From: Podarcis bocagei
Taxonomy: Eukaryota
NCBI GenBank assembly: GCA_964188305.1
Contig: OZ076885.1
Direction: 5' to 3' (one strand)
DNA length: 64,000 bases
Below the pieces are notes generated by a model. That model made no database searches and had not been told where the DNA came from. It saw nothing but the letters and a program-made list of their open reading frames with translations. The translations under genes were made by a program, and so were the position numbers. Positions within the stretch are counted from its first letter, which is position 1. Every line of letters starts with the position of its first letter. Below, piece by piece: positions 24,850 to 37,622 of the stretch.

Positions 24850-25254
24850 TATGGGCAACTCCCCATTTACATGAGAGTTATGTTCCAAGGCACCGTGAAT
24901 TAAGTGAAATTGCACACATTTGAAACACCATTGGAAATGCCTGCAAACACCCTCTAAACCCTTGGAAACCCCTTTAAAAAACCAACAGCACTTACCAAAC
25001 TCCACCACAATTGCTCCCTCCAAATCTCCTTGATCAAACTCTCCACAGGCCTCAACGATTGGCGCAGGGTCTCCTGGGATTGCACTTGCAAATGCTTGTG
25101 GGATTGCTAGGCACTGTTTGTGTGCCTTTTTGCCTTTTCTGGGCTCTTTTAGGGACGCTTTTACCATTTTTAAAATCCCTTTCAGGTTCGGCTCCATGTG
25201 CATGTACGCAGTCACGTGTCAATTTGATGCGCATAAATTGTTGGTTGTTCCCTG
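24850..25254. mobile_element. Degraded Tigger-like MITE
   Basis: Imperfect TIRs (tatgggcaac...attta / taaattgttggttgttccctg) with a TA flank. Confidence 0.45.
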
Positions 25255-26813
25255 TACATAAAATAATCTATTTCAAATACAGATAATAATAACAACATCA
25301 CAGCACGAACCCTTTGATTGATGGTCATGAGAACAGATCATACACCAGGGGCCAGAACTGCAAATAGGGATGCCTCACTCAACCAGCAGCACCAGAGCTC
25401 CCCATTGTTGCTTGCATGCCATTCCTTTTCCCCAAAGATGATAGTAGTTTTGATTTTAAAATCTAAAATTATATTGATACATTAAAAAATAAACAATGGA
25501 AATAGCAATGTTACAAGTATTCTTTTTGTCCCCTTCCATGGAATATATCTGATTATTCCTGGCGCTTTTACTGGGGAAGGCACTGGATTGTAAGAGGTGT
25601 TTTATTCAATACCCAGCAGTAGGTAAATTGCCCTTCATATCGTGTCTGACCATTTCAGAAAGCTGTAACTAGTTTAAACTGTAGGCCTTGGTGCCCTGAA
25701 CTTTCCTATGACTCACACTTTCTTGTCACACCTATTTTCATGAAGGAAGTGCCATGGGGAGAATTTAATCATAAGATAGCCTTGACCCCTCTCAACTTTC
25801 CATCACTGGAAACTACCTCAAGCAGGTGGTGTCTCATGACTGGGGAGAAAAATGATTGCTGGACTCCATTAACAGGGTGCCAATATACAGGCAGGCTGTC
25901 TCTGCTGATAATATTTCCTAAAGCGCAGAGTGGAGGTGTGTGGGTCCATGTGCCCCCACCCCCAATATGACTGACATCAGCATGATTTCGACAAAATGAG
26001 GCAAGGGTATGCCTGCAACATGCAACAAGCTAAATATGATAAAAGCATTTATTTATTTGCACTATTTATAGCCCACTGTGCATTGAAATTTTCATTCCAA
26101 GAACAGGCACAAAGAAATAAAAGGAAACGGAGAAAAACCGCAATATATAAACAATCACAAAATCATATAAAGGCGTCCAATAAACAACAAATTAACTGCT
26201 TCGTCATAATGTGAAAGCAAGACTACAATAACAACAAATAATATTTCCCCCCAAAGAAACCCATAAGAGAAACAGATTAAGCAACCAGTGAATGGTCTTT
26301 GCAACAGTTCCCACCCCATTTTTCACTCATAGCATTCCACTCATTCCCGCTCTGTCTCACACTAGCCCCTGTGTGCGTCAATAGACTCTCACTCTGTGAC
26401 AACAGTCCTGAGGATTGTTCCCAATCCTGAGGAAACCCACTGGCTTCAAGGTCTGTAAGGCTGCCAGGTACAGACATGGAGGAGGATTTGATGACCTCCT
26501 TCACCTCTTTTCTTCTTACCTGCCAGCACAAAGAGCATTCGGGGACCTCAAGGTCCACACTTCTGTGTAACTACAGTAGAAGTATGTGATAAGAGGGACA
26601 GGTAACAGGTGCCCCATGGACAGATTCCAGGTTCAGCTTTCTTTCTCTTTTCTTGTGAGCGAATAATCATACAGCAACAAGTCTCAGGGCTGCAGAGACT
26701 AGGAAAGGTCTCATGGGCCTCACCTTATTCCCAATAGATGTAGATTCCTGTATATTGGAAATCCTCACACCATTCAAATCTGTCTGTTTTCCTTCTCTTC
26801 GCTTCCTTTTCAG

Positions 26814-26889
26814 GACCGCCGAATAGAAGAGTTAACTGTATTGCTAAGTCAGTACCGAAGAGTGAAAGAGATCATGATAGCAGTACAAG
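26814..26889 (+). CDS. PPFIBP2: PPFIBP2 exon, DRRIEELTVLLSQYRRVKEIMIAVQ (0/1)
   Basis: ttcag|GAC...CAAG|gtatga, 76 nt. Confidence 0.95.
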
Positions 26890-29800
26890 GTATGATTGGT
26901 GGATATACATCACGTGGAAGAGCTTCCAAAACTTTGAGGCAATTCTAACAAAGAGTTTTAATTTTTATATTCAGAAAAGGGTTGTGAGGGGAAACTGAGA
27001 TAGCAGCCCTTGAAAGGCAGAGGGCTGGTTTGCGTGACACAGTAATCCAAACTATGCCTTAGTGAAACTCTGAATACGTGGGCTCCAGTAGAAGAATTTC
27101 CAGCTGCTTTGCTCCTTTCTGGTCCTTTTTGCTGACATGCCGTTAAGTCAAGGTTTGACTTAGCATGTTGTCCAAACTGGGACTCACGATTAAGCTCACT
27201 AACCAGTAGCTGCAAGTGTCCAAGATACATTCCTGTGGTGGAGAACCATAATATACACAGTTTCTTCGTCGCCATTCTTATGTTCCCCAACAAGCTTCTT
27301 TCCTCTCTCCATTTCTCTTCCAAGGTGCTAAGCCAGTCAGTTAATGGTGATGCTTTGCTTGATTTACTGTAGCTTTTAATATGTGGCAATTCTTAAGCAT
27401 AGAATAACTTTATAATTAGGCCTTTTGGAGTAGTTACTTCATGGAAAGATTCCACATTAAGTATTTGTTAGCATACGGAGCAAATAGATCTTGGGTATTT
27501 AACCACCAATGTTCGACTTCATTCCAGTCACTTCTTTAGTATAAGCAAATATCCCAGTGTTTCATTCCATAGAATCTTGAATGGGATTGACCTGCCACAA
27601 CAGCACACGTAAACTTGAGAAGTGGGGCTGCATGGAATGTTTTATCCAAGGGATGATGAACTTGTGTGGGGCTATGTCCCTCCCCTTTGTCCGTGACTAA
27701 TACTGCTTGGCTCTGCCTTTTGATACATACAATTAGGGCTATCGGCATGTGTTTGTGGAAGCCCTCTGCCTTTGGGGGGGGTCAAAGAATGGTATTCCTT
27801 ATTGCTTTTATAACACAAAGTTCATTGACATTAAGAACAGAGTTCTTGGACTAGTCAGTGTTCAGAGACACTCTGCACTGTCAAAATCAGTTCCAATACA
27901 TGCAGCTGAACAGTGAAGCTTCTGTTTTAGTTACATATAGGACCAATGCATTGCTGTCATCACCTGGGAGAGCTTACCTGTTTGTAAATGTGGCAGACAC
28001 ATTTGCCTGCTTGTAAATGTGGCAAACAGCAGGCTACTGGTAACGGATCTGTATTTTTCGGAAGTCAGTTTGAGTAGCTTCCATGTATGGTCCTGAATGC
28101 ATTGTGTTTCTTTCTGGGAAACACATAGCAACAGCCTGTCCATCTTGACGACAGTCAGCAATACTGAGCAAGATGGAGGGGGTGGTCAGACTTGTTACAG
28201 TGCAGCTGCCTGTCTTCCTAGGCTAGTGGTGTCACACGCGTTCTCAGATCTTCATATTATTTGGCAAAGCAGATAGTGAAAGTTAATTTATTGTCTGCAT
28301 TGTGAGCTGTTTATCCTTAATAAGTCATGCAAGTATTTTTTCATGTCTAAGAAGGAATAATTCATTTTTCTTGTTAAGAGACTTATTTCGAAAAGTTGCC
28401 TATGAAAGCATCTCCCCTTGCCTGACTAGACAGCCACATGAAATGTTATACTTCCTGTCTGCATTTAGAATAACCCAGCCAAGAAGATAAGTGAATAATA
28501 TATATATAAAGCACAATGGGGCCCAGCATCCACTGAACATGCTTTTACATCCCCTACCCTACAAGGTTCCTTTAAACTCAGAGGGACTGCGTCTTTGCAG
28601 TTTAAAGGAAATGTGTGGGAATGGAAATGGAGAGAGGAATGGCTTTCTGAGACCAATCTTCACTCTTTCATCTATGATTATTTCTCATCCATCCTCAGTT
28701 GTTATGACTGAATAAGTTTCAGTGTTATCATTACAGATTTTACTAAACATGTGGTGGTTGTTGAGATGATAAGCCTGAGATGCTATTTTTAAATCATTGA
28801 CTTTAAAAGGTTATTGGGGCGGGGGGCAGTGCTTGGCCTAAACCTTATTTTGCTTTTCTTAAACATGAGGTCTAGCAAGAAGCCCATCTGAAATTGCTGG
28901 TCTTTTTCTATACAAAAGACATATGAGAAGCTGGAAGTAATTTTCCTGTTTTGTAACCTATCTTGCATTCTCTAATATGTGAAATAGATGGGATTAGGCA
29001 ACATTTTATTCCACACAGTTATATTTTCCAGTGACATAATGTAACTTTAAAGAGCATGCTTGCCACAGCGACCCAGTTTGCTTTAATTAACTACAGAACA
29101 TTTGGCTAATGTATGCATAACTGTTTTAGATTGTGAAAAATAAGTTGATCGTATCCCTTTCCTTCCACATCAGCTAGAATTGGAAAGCTGACCTGAGCCC
29201 TTAACTAAAAAACAAAATTAAAAAAAAACTTTAATTAAATGGTGTAGGAATTAAAAGCTAAGAATTATAAACTAAACCTAACATTGAAATAAATAACATG
29301 TACCAGAATGCTGAATACAAATAAAGTCAATAGGAGCTAGACACCTGCTTGATTTTATTACACTTCCTGCTCATTTTAACTAATTAAGTAGTACTAAATA
29401 TAAATACCCTTTTCTTTTGAGCATTGGTAATGAGAGATTTTTAAGTGTTGCCTGAATCAATTTAATCAGTTTGTTATTCAACTAAAGTTTTAATTGCAGT
29501 TAAAATTATCCCCCCCCCTTTTTATATACTGTTTATACAGTCTATTCCAAATATTATCTCTTAATTGGTGGGTCTGAAATGAAGCAACACAGTGCTGTGC
29601 AGACACAGACATTCCAGTCCCTTCTTCCTTGCCAATGTTATATATATAAACTTAATAGCTTTTCTTTCTAGTTGTATAAAGCTAGCATTTTGGAGTGAAA
29701 CAGTTGAGATGCTCCTTCTAGAGATAAAGGAACACAGGTAAGTATCCTCCCTTAGATGTGTATCTTCCACAGAGGGATCTGAATCTCTTTTGGTTTGCTC

Positions 29801-29989
29801 TCCTTCCTTACTGTACTAATTTAAAGCAACATTGAACTAGTTACTAAGTTTAAACAACATTTTTAGCTGCCGCAGCAAAACAGCAGTACAGGCATTTTTC
29901 TGGCCACCTCAGTCAGAATACCTTATCCTTAGAAAGGGCCTGCCTTGGCCCTTCCTCTGAGATGAGGACGGGGCAGCAGAGAGCCTTGC

Positions 29990-30034
29990 TGAGTGAGTGA
30001 GTGAGTGAGTGAGTGAGTGAGTGAGTGAGTGAGT
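29990..30034. repeat. (GAGT)n microsatellite
   Basis: About 11 perfect GAGT units. Confidence 0.95.
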
Positions 30035-30962
30035 GGATGGGTCCTGGCAGCAGCTGGGGTGACTTGAGGACAGTATGGCGAGTGAACAGGGGCTTGTAGG
30101 ACCAGTTCACTGCTCTCTGCAAGCACCACCTGAAGCAATTCTCTTGCTTATTATCATTGTATGACCCACCTTGTAAATTCTAAAAGCCATGTTTTGAAGT
30201 GACACCATTTCTAAAGCAGCTGAAAGCTACAATTTTGTATCTGAAATGACATTTGGGGATTCTGTGAGATTTGCAAAATTATACTTAGTTGGATATATGT
30301 GTCTGCTTCGTGTTGTGGGCTGTGAATTACCAGCTTGGTTTGCACATCATGGTAAGATTATGATCCTATGTTTGGACAACATGCTAAGCCGCACAGAGCT
30401 AGGAAGACCAGGAGCAAATCAGCTGTGGTCTCCTCCCCGGGAGTCAGTATGTTCATATGAAGCTGTGGCTGAATTACATGCAAATATGACCATTGTTTCA
30501 CTGACTGGAATATCTCAAAACCTGAAAAGATTGAACTTTCACTGTGCTTGACACATAGTTCCATACCACCACCTGTTACAAGGGGCTGTGAATGAGGATG
30601 TATGAATTAGACCTAAATATGTTAAGAGTCATTATGAATTTTTGTTTTTGTTTTCTAAAAACATCCTTTAACCATGCTCTGCTCTAAATTTCAAAATTTT
30701 ATCATGTTTAGAGACACACATCTAAAAGAAAATATTCTATGCATCTAAATATTGAACTGATTAATTAGCAAGACGTGTTGGAAATTTACTTGCTAAATAA
30801 TAACTGTACTTTATTGGTTCTGTCTGTTGGAATCCTTCTGTTGTAATACTATGGCTGCTCGATTGAATAATTGATAATTTTTGGCTCTCAGTGATTTTTG
30901 GTCTGTGTACGTATATATGGAATCCTCTAACCATGCACAATTTTAAATTCCAATCCTTTTAG

Positions 30963-31069
30963 GAACTTCAGAAAGAGTTTTGTGTGGAAGCAGTGAAGAT
31001 GATATTGAAGTAACTTTAAGAAAATGGAATCCCATGAATAAGCCCCAAATAGAACTATATAAGCCAGAG
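30963..31069 (+). CDS. PPFIBP2: PPFIBP2 exon, (G)TSERVLCGSSEDDIEVTLRKWNPMNKPQIELYKPE (1/0)
   Basis: tttag|GA...GAG|gttggt, 107 nt; similar to human GPSERTLS...KWN...ELFKQE. Confidence 0.9.
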
Positions 31070-31154
31070 GTTGGTTGGTTATTTTTTCCATTCTATTTTT
31101 TTTCTTCCCATACCCATACTAAAAAGTACTCAAAATAAAATTCTTTTTACACAG

Positions 31155-31222
31155 GTACCTCCAGGGGAATTGACCCTACCTATGTTGCCTCCTCCTCCAC
31201 AAAAAAAAATGCTGGAAATGAG
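31155..31222 (+). CDS. PPFIBP2: PPFIBP2 exon, VPPGELTLPMLPPPPQKKMLEM(R) (0/2), GC donor
   Basis: acag|GTA...ATGAG|gcaaga, 68 nt; this phase-2 GC donor chains correctly to the next exon. Confidence 0.85.
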
Positions 31223-32201
31223 GCAAGAACAATTTTTCTTTGTTAAATCTGTGTTTCTCAGAACACTCTTTTTTCATATTGTAAAACATTCTTTGAAATA
31301 CTTGCTTTTGTGTCAAGAACATGTGGTCAATTGGGGCAAAACAGTTAAATTTAGAATGCATCAAAAAACCCTGCTCTTTAAAATGTGTGCTTCTGTTTAC
31401 CATTACGATTAACAGTGGAAGCTCCCCAGTTCCTTCAAATAACCTGTTTTCTGCAAATGGACAAAGCCTGGAAGTCCAACATAGGTAAGAAGAATAACGC
31501 TGTCAACATTTACCAATCAAGTTATCCTAGACATTTTGAATGGGGATCCTTTTCCCCAAATGAGCAACCACAGCTCCAGTTCAAAGGGCCCTGAGAAATC
31601 CAGTGCGATCGGAGATTCCCTACATTCAGGCCTGGCCATTTTAACTGAATGAGACTTTCCCTCCAGGGATACAAAATATAAAGCCAAATCCCATATTGAA
31701 TAGTTGACCTGACACACAGTTGTTACTGGTTTGACATTTCTGTTTTATTTCTGAATGATAAACAAGAGCTGCGTGTTCTGGGCATTTGGGTGACAAGAAG
31801 ATCCACTCATGCCTATGGAAGTAGCCAGATGTCAAAAAGCATCATACATCTGGTCCTCAGGCCCAATTTAGATGTGATGCAGGCCGCAGGTAGCAGCTTA
31901 ATGCGTAGATGGGGAGCATTCCACATGCATCCCATCACATTTAAAAGCCCTTAATTACATCTGCTGGCCCATTAGCATGTAGCAGTAGCTCCACTTTGCT
32001 GATCTCACCCTGGCTGCTGACTACCTTGATGTATAACAAACTGAGTTAGCAAATCACACATGCACATTATGTTTTAAAACTTAATGGGGAGAGTGTGGAA
32101 TGCTTGCACAAGTAAGAACTTACCTGTGACCCTCATGTATAAACTAGACCTTAAGCTTGCAGGTTATTTGATAGTGAAATCAGATTGCCCAGTTACTCCT
32201 G

Positions 32202-32203
<2 letters not shown>

Positions 32204-32242
<39 letters not shown>
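32204..32242. repeat. (GT)n microsatellite about 30 nt upstream of an acceptor
   Basis: About 19 GT units. Confidence 0.95.
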
Positions 32243-32243
<1 letters not shown>

Positions 32244-32270
32244 ATTAATTGTTGCCTTTCTCACTTTAAG

Positions 32271-32331
32271 GGCACCTCAGAAAAAAATATCAAGTAGTCT
32301 TGAAGACTTGCAAAGTGAATCCTTGGAAAAG
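32271..32331 (+). CDS. PPFIBP2: PPFIBP2 exon, APQKKISSSLEDLQSESLEK (2/0)
   Basis: ttaag|G...AAG|gttggc, 61 nt; human AQKKLSCSLEDLRSESVDK. Confidence 0.93.
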
Positions 32332-33453
32332 GTTGGCTCAGAAATCTTCGCTTTGCCTAATTGTGGATTGCATGTAGAAAATGCTTAACAGCTGAGTCAT
32401 TCCACTCTGTTCTTTTCTGAATTTTGAGATCAAAGGAACGTGGTTGGTCTGTTCAGCACCAAACCCAATCAGTATTCTACCACAGCAATTACTGCTGGTG
32501 TATTCTGACCAATATATCTGTGCAATACAAGTCAGAGTCTGCCCAAATTGAATTCTGCATAACACTCAAATTGCACTCAGTTTGAAGGTGGCCTTTACTT
32601 GTTGTTGTTAAAAACTGTCACCTTCAAATTGATGCATCAATCTAATAGTATTCAGAAGGAATGTGGCTAACCCAGAACTACTTCTGGTGTTTCTTCAGCA
32701 TGTTTAATGTGAGTTTTTCATTTTATGTTTGTAGTCTGTTTTGTAATGTTGTATATGGCAAATGAATGAAGGTCTAGCTTTTCTAGTTATTCCAGAATTC
32801 AGAGGTCTATTTTCTCCTTCTTCATCATATTCTGGGTATTTATTGGGTATATAATTTGGATGTGCGAACACTAGAATTTACGGAGATACATCACAAATTT
32901 CTATCTAAGAGTGCCAAGTCTACCACTTGGCTCAAGAATACAAACCATTATGCACTTGAGCAAAGAATTTCAGCTTCTGCCTAGAAACCGCACATCCTTC
33001 GAACCTGTAAACAACTCACTTCTGTGCACTTCGTGTTAATTATTGCAAGTATTTAAACAGTTTTTGTATATAAAACAAACAAGTGTTTTATATGCCGAAA
33101 TTTGAAAGCACTTCCTTAGACACAGTGGGACATATCCTTCTGAGTCCTACATGAGGTTTACTCTGAAGAGGGCTAACGTTGGAGGCAACCCTGTACACAC
33201 TGCCTGTAGAAAACAATGAAACAAATTCTATTAGCCTCTGTAGAAGCTGTATTTGAGATGTATTTATAAATTTAGAAGGCATGAGACACGCAGTAATGTC
33301 AGGTCAACATGGCGCTCTATACTGAGGAGAAAATAAATCTGCTATTGTCCTCGCTGAGGTTCACTAGAAATTAGACTAAAAATGGCACGCTCCATTTGAC
33401 ACTAACATTTTGTTTGTTACTTTCTCTCCCTCACATTTCCTGCAACTTCATAG

Positions 33454-33495
33454 CATGTAGATGCGAAACCAGTAGAACGTGATGTAGCACAAGAG
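33454..33495 (+). CDS. PPFIBP2: PPFIBP2 42-nt exon, HVDAKPVERDVAQE (0/0)
   Basis: catag|CAT...GAG|gtatat; same 14-aa length as the recalled human segment CMDGNQPFPVLEPK. Confidence 0.8.
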
Positions 33496-34380
33496 GTATA
33501 TTAACTCCATTTTAACATTTACTTAACATAATCATCATTTTATGTTGTTGTTCTTCTCTTCTTTGTTTTCCCCTTGAATGCCTCTCTGTGAGAGTTTATA
33601 TGCTGCTAAGTTTGAGCAAACTAGTTAAGCTTCAACTTTTTGATCTTCAGTTATAAGCAAGTTTTCCTTGGGGGCAGCTGGATGAAGACGCATGCCAGTG
33701 CGATTGAGCTAAATATGATGATGCCATTCCTTGCTTTCCCACAAAGGCAGAGCCATGAATTCCCCATGGCTTCAAAGAAAACAAGTGCTCTTCATGTGCT
33801 GCAAAGAGTATGAGGGAGAAAGTTCTGTGTGCTGGAGATGATGGAGGCAATTGTGAGCTTAGGGATGTGCTTAGCTCCAGGACCAATAAGTGGCGGTATT
33901 TATTTCATGCAAGAATATCAAAAGTGATTCAGAAAATAGCAGCACACAAAAATAAAACAGTATAGAAAGGAGAGCATGCATTCTGTTGGTGACCCACAAA
34001 ACAGTTAAACAAATTGATGTACTTGCTAATGTCTTCATCTTTCTGGATTTTGCAATTGTCAGATGTTTCCTACTCAATAGCATCATTCAGAACAGGGCCA
34101 CACCTTGCCTCCTTTCCTACTTCTGATGTCCCCAATTGTTATCTCAAATGACCACAACAAGAGCGATCTGATGTGAAAAGCTCCTCATTTCCCTGGGAAT
34201 CTGTGTGCATAAACTGGGGAACATTCCACCGAAACCTGGTGCCACCATGGAAAACTATGTCTTGTCCCAGCACTGATTCTTCTGAAAAGCTAAAAAGTTC
34301 ATCTGCTTCTGATTGAAATGAATATTGTGCACCTTATTGTTGTTGTTTTTTTTAAAAAAAATCTTTTTACAAAAACACAG

Positions 34381-34531
34381 AATAAGCCATTCGTGAAAAG
34401 CAGCAAATACCAAACCTTGCCAGGGAAGCTTCCTCGACCTGCACACAACGGCGATAGTGGGGCGTACAGTACTCCTTCTCCAAGTACGTGCCGTGTGAAT
34501 GGCAACGGAGACAACAGCATACAGAGCCTGA
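34381..34531 (+). CDS. PPFIBP2: PPFIBP2 exon, NKPFVKSSKYQTLPGKLPRPAHNG...NSIQSL (0/1)
   Basis: acag|AAT...CTGA|gtacgt, 151 nt; conserved KYxTLPGKL. Confidence 0.9.
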
Positions 34532-34607
34532 GTACGTACTTCAGGGAGGAGAACAATAAAAGCATGCCTCCGTGTGATATGCAGCTTGGGTTTTAGCTAC
34601 TTAATAG

Positions 34608-35842
34608 CAGTCAGTCAGTCAATTTTATTGTATATCGCAAAAGGCCTTTACAATGGAGGACAGAGAATTTAAGGAAAACTTTCATCTAAAATCATACAAC
34701 ATAACCTGAAGCAGTTTACAACATAAAAAGAAATTCACAACATTAAAATTTAAGATTCACATAGCTGGAATGGAGCTTCTTGGCTGCCAGCGCAAATTTG
34801 GCTTCCTGGTGTGTAATATATAGGTGTTTATCTGCTAGGAATTCAACTGTCACTTCCTGTGCAGATTGACCTGGAAGCCAATTAAGAATTGGCGATATAA
34901 ATTTCCTCTGGGCGTTGTATACAGGGGGCAAATCAGCAGGGAGTGTGTAATGTCTTCTGCCTGAATGCATCCGTATATACATTTGCAATCCTTATAGGGA
35001 ATTCCCCAATCAATCCCCTCTAAATATGCTGAGGGCATCTGTTGGAATTTTATTTCTACAAAGGCCCTCCATAGTTGTGGGTAGGTCAGTGTCTCAAGGT
35101 GATTGGTCTTAAATTTGGGGGTACCAAGTAGAGTAATAGGTAGCAATGATGGATATTCTGTCTTGGTTGGCATCCTGATCAAAAATCCAATTTCTAAGGT
35201 CACGTGGGCCAAAGGCTAAGTAGTTCTCCATTTGAAGACTATAAGCCCTAAGCTTATCTTGGCACTTCTGTGCCCAGTCCCCAGTCCTTAGTTGCTCTGA
35301 CCAGCAGAGCTTAGTGAGAGTGTGTTCCTCGAAGGCATTTAGCCTGCTCCACTATCTCAGATAGGCTAGATCAATTCTGGCTGCTAGCGAGGGGATGCCC
35401 AACTCAGCTCTGACGTGGGCTGCCGATGTCCCGCAGGAAAGCTCCAAATCTGCCTGTAGGACCTCTATTTCAGATTTAATACCAATTCCCCATATTTCAG
35501 CTCCACAGAGCAGTTGGACGATGATTTTAGAGACAAGGATCTTAAAAGCTGGCTTGATTAACTGCCCACCCTTTGAATGAAAGAACCCGTATAGCTGCCC
35601 AGTAGAATGGCCAGATATTAGCTTAATGGCTTCCAGATGGGGTTTCCATGATGACTTGCCATCGATAAGTAACCCTAGATATTTAAATCTGGGTACTTGC
35701 TTTAGGGTGTTACCGTCTAGAGTCCACCTGGACTTGGTAGTCCTCTTGCCAAATAAAGTGACCTTGGTTTTATAGTAGTTAATGTTTAGATGCTCTTTTT
35801 TACACAGCTGTCCAAATTTAACCAGCATCCTTCTAAGCACAT
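34608..35842 (-). mobile_element. 5'-truncated non-LTR retrotransposon (RT thumb, CCHC finger, 3' UTR, (TGAC)n tail; clade uncertain, RTE-X-like)
   Basis: ORF 35352-35840 has LNINYYKTKV...QVPRFKYLG...W.PHL...VRAELG; downstream frames give CKCIYGC...EDITHSLLICPLYTTPR; minus-strand end AATAAAattgactgactgac; frameshifted. Confidence 0.85.
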
Positions 35843-36821
35843 AGTATGATGCTTTGCTAAATTAAAGGAGGAAACCTGTTTCCACCTACTAGAAGGTGGA
35901 AAGTTGGATTTCCAAGTAGCTTAGACCCCAGGACTCTGCTTGGTCATGTTTAATGTGAGCCATTACAACAACTGGGATGTACAGAATATGGAATTTTGTT
36001 TACCCCTGCAAAGACTACTGTTAGACAATTTGCAGGGGAGGCTGAAATTCCACATGCCGAATGCTCTGTGGGCATGGCTTCATCTAGGCTAGCAGCTACC
36101 ATGCTTGGCAAGGCTGTGTAAAGGGAAAACCTGTCCCTAAGCATGTCTGCTTGGGACTAAGCTCCATTAAATACAGTGGAACATCAGATAATGGACCTTG
36201 CACATCTGTCTGCAACCATTACCTTTTGATATTGGAGCCCCGGAAAGAAGTAGACTACATGCATATGTCTACTGCTTTAATTACAGTGTGTTAAGATGCT
36301 CCTTTTAAATATCCTAGACAATTTAAAATATTAAGTAATAGTTTCAAACCCTAGACTTCCCTGGGGAAAGCAAAGTTCTCTGGTAGCTCTCTATAAATCA
36401 AGCTGGTAATTGAGTCTAAAGCGGAGTTTTGATTTGTTTTTTGTAAAAAGAAACATCAAACATCAACTACATATTACTGGGATTTATTTTGTGTTTAAGT
36501 GGGAACAGCCTGCATTTTATTCCTATTTTCTTTTTCACTTAGGAGTGTTCCATATGGAAAGCAATTTTTTTTAACTGCATAATACATTGTGGATCCTTTT
36601 TTTAAAAAAAATTACAGGTCTCACTTTAGAATATTTTGAACTATAGACAGCAGGCCCCAAATGTTCAACTTCATCTGCTTTGTTACTTTTGCTTCTTGTC
36701 AATTTTTTATTTCCTGCTTTTGGCTTTTGGCTTTCTTTGCTTTTCTGTAACTTTCCTTTGCTTGAATTTCCCATCGTCTTTGCTTCTTCATGTGGCTTTC
36801 TGGTTCTTGGAATGATTGAAG

Positions 36822-36854
36822 ATCGCATCAGGAGTGTCAGTGCACCAATCTTAG
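36822..36854 (+). CDS. PPFIBP2: PPFIBP2 33-nt microexon, (N)RIRSVSAPIL(G) (1/1)
   Basis: gaag|AT...TTAG|gtatcg; first AG after a ~165-nt AG-free pyrimidine tract; resembles recalled PPFIBP1 KRTASAPNL. Confidence 0.8.
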   Translation: MASGVSVHQS

Positions 36855-37622
36855 GTATCGTACACCTAGTCCATGCACAGCTTTTAAGCTAGGAATGAAT
36901 TGCGGGGGGAGTCCCCCGTTACTTCTTGAATTGTACATAGTGGACTGTCTGAAATCTTGATTTTTTTACACTGAAAGGGAAGAGCCCAATTTAGCTCCTA
37001 GTAAATGAAATGTAGACAGACAGTGCTAGACTTCAATCTCTGAACTAGAACAGAGATTCAATATAGTGGTTGATTCTAATTGGAGCTAGACATCTATTAC
37101 TTTGGAAGCAAAATTCATATATTGGAAAGGGGGGGTTAATGTGGCTCCTTATTTAACCATTTTTTAAAATACAAAAACCTTCCTAAATTTATTTTGGCAA
37201 TAATGTTTTAACATAGGCACCCACAATAATCTTAGAAATTCAACTGCCATACTTTTTTCAGAAGGATGTAATTTTCAATCCTATATTCATATTACAAATA
37301 AGATGAATGTTATTAATCGGTAGTTTTCTGGTAAACCTGACAATTTTATAATGTGATTGCAGAAATCTTTAGCTAGATCTTCCAGTCTTTATATGTTTTG
37401 ATACATTCCGGGGGGAAGTCCTCTAACTAGTAATAAAAAATGCAATTTCTAAGTCTGAGAAAAATCACGGACCATTATTTCAGGAATGTTGCCGAGTAAA
37501 ATCGGAAGTACTTAGCACTATATGATTTAAGATGTTTTGGGGATTATGAATTTTTGTGAAGTTTTTCCTTTTGCATTTTATACCATGGCTTCATAAATCT
37601 CAATGGCATTTATCAATCACAG

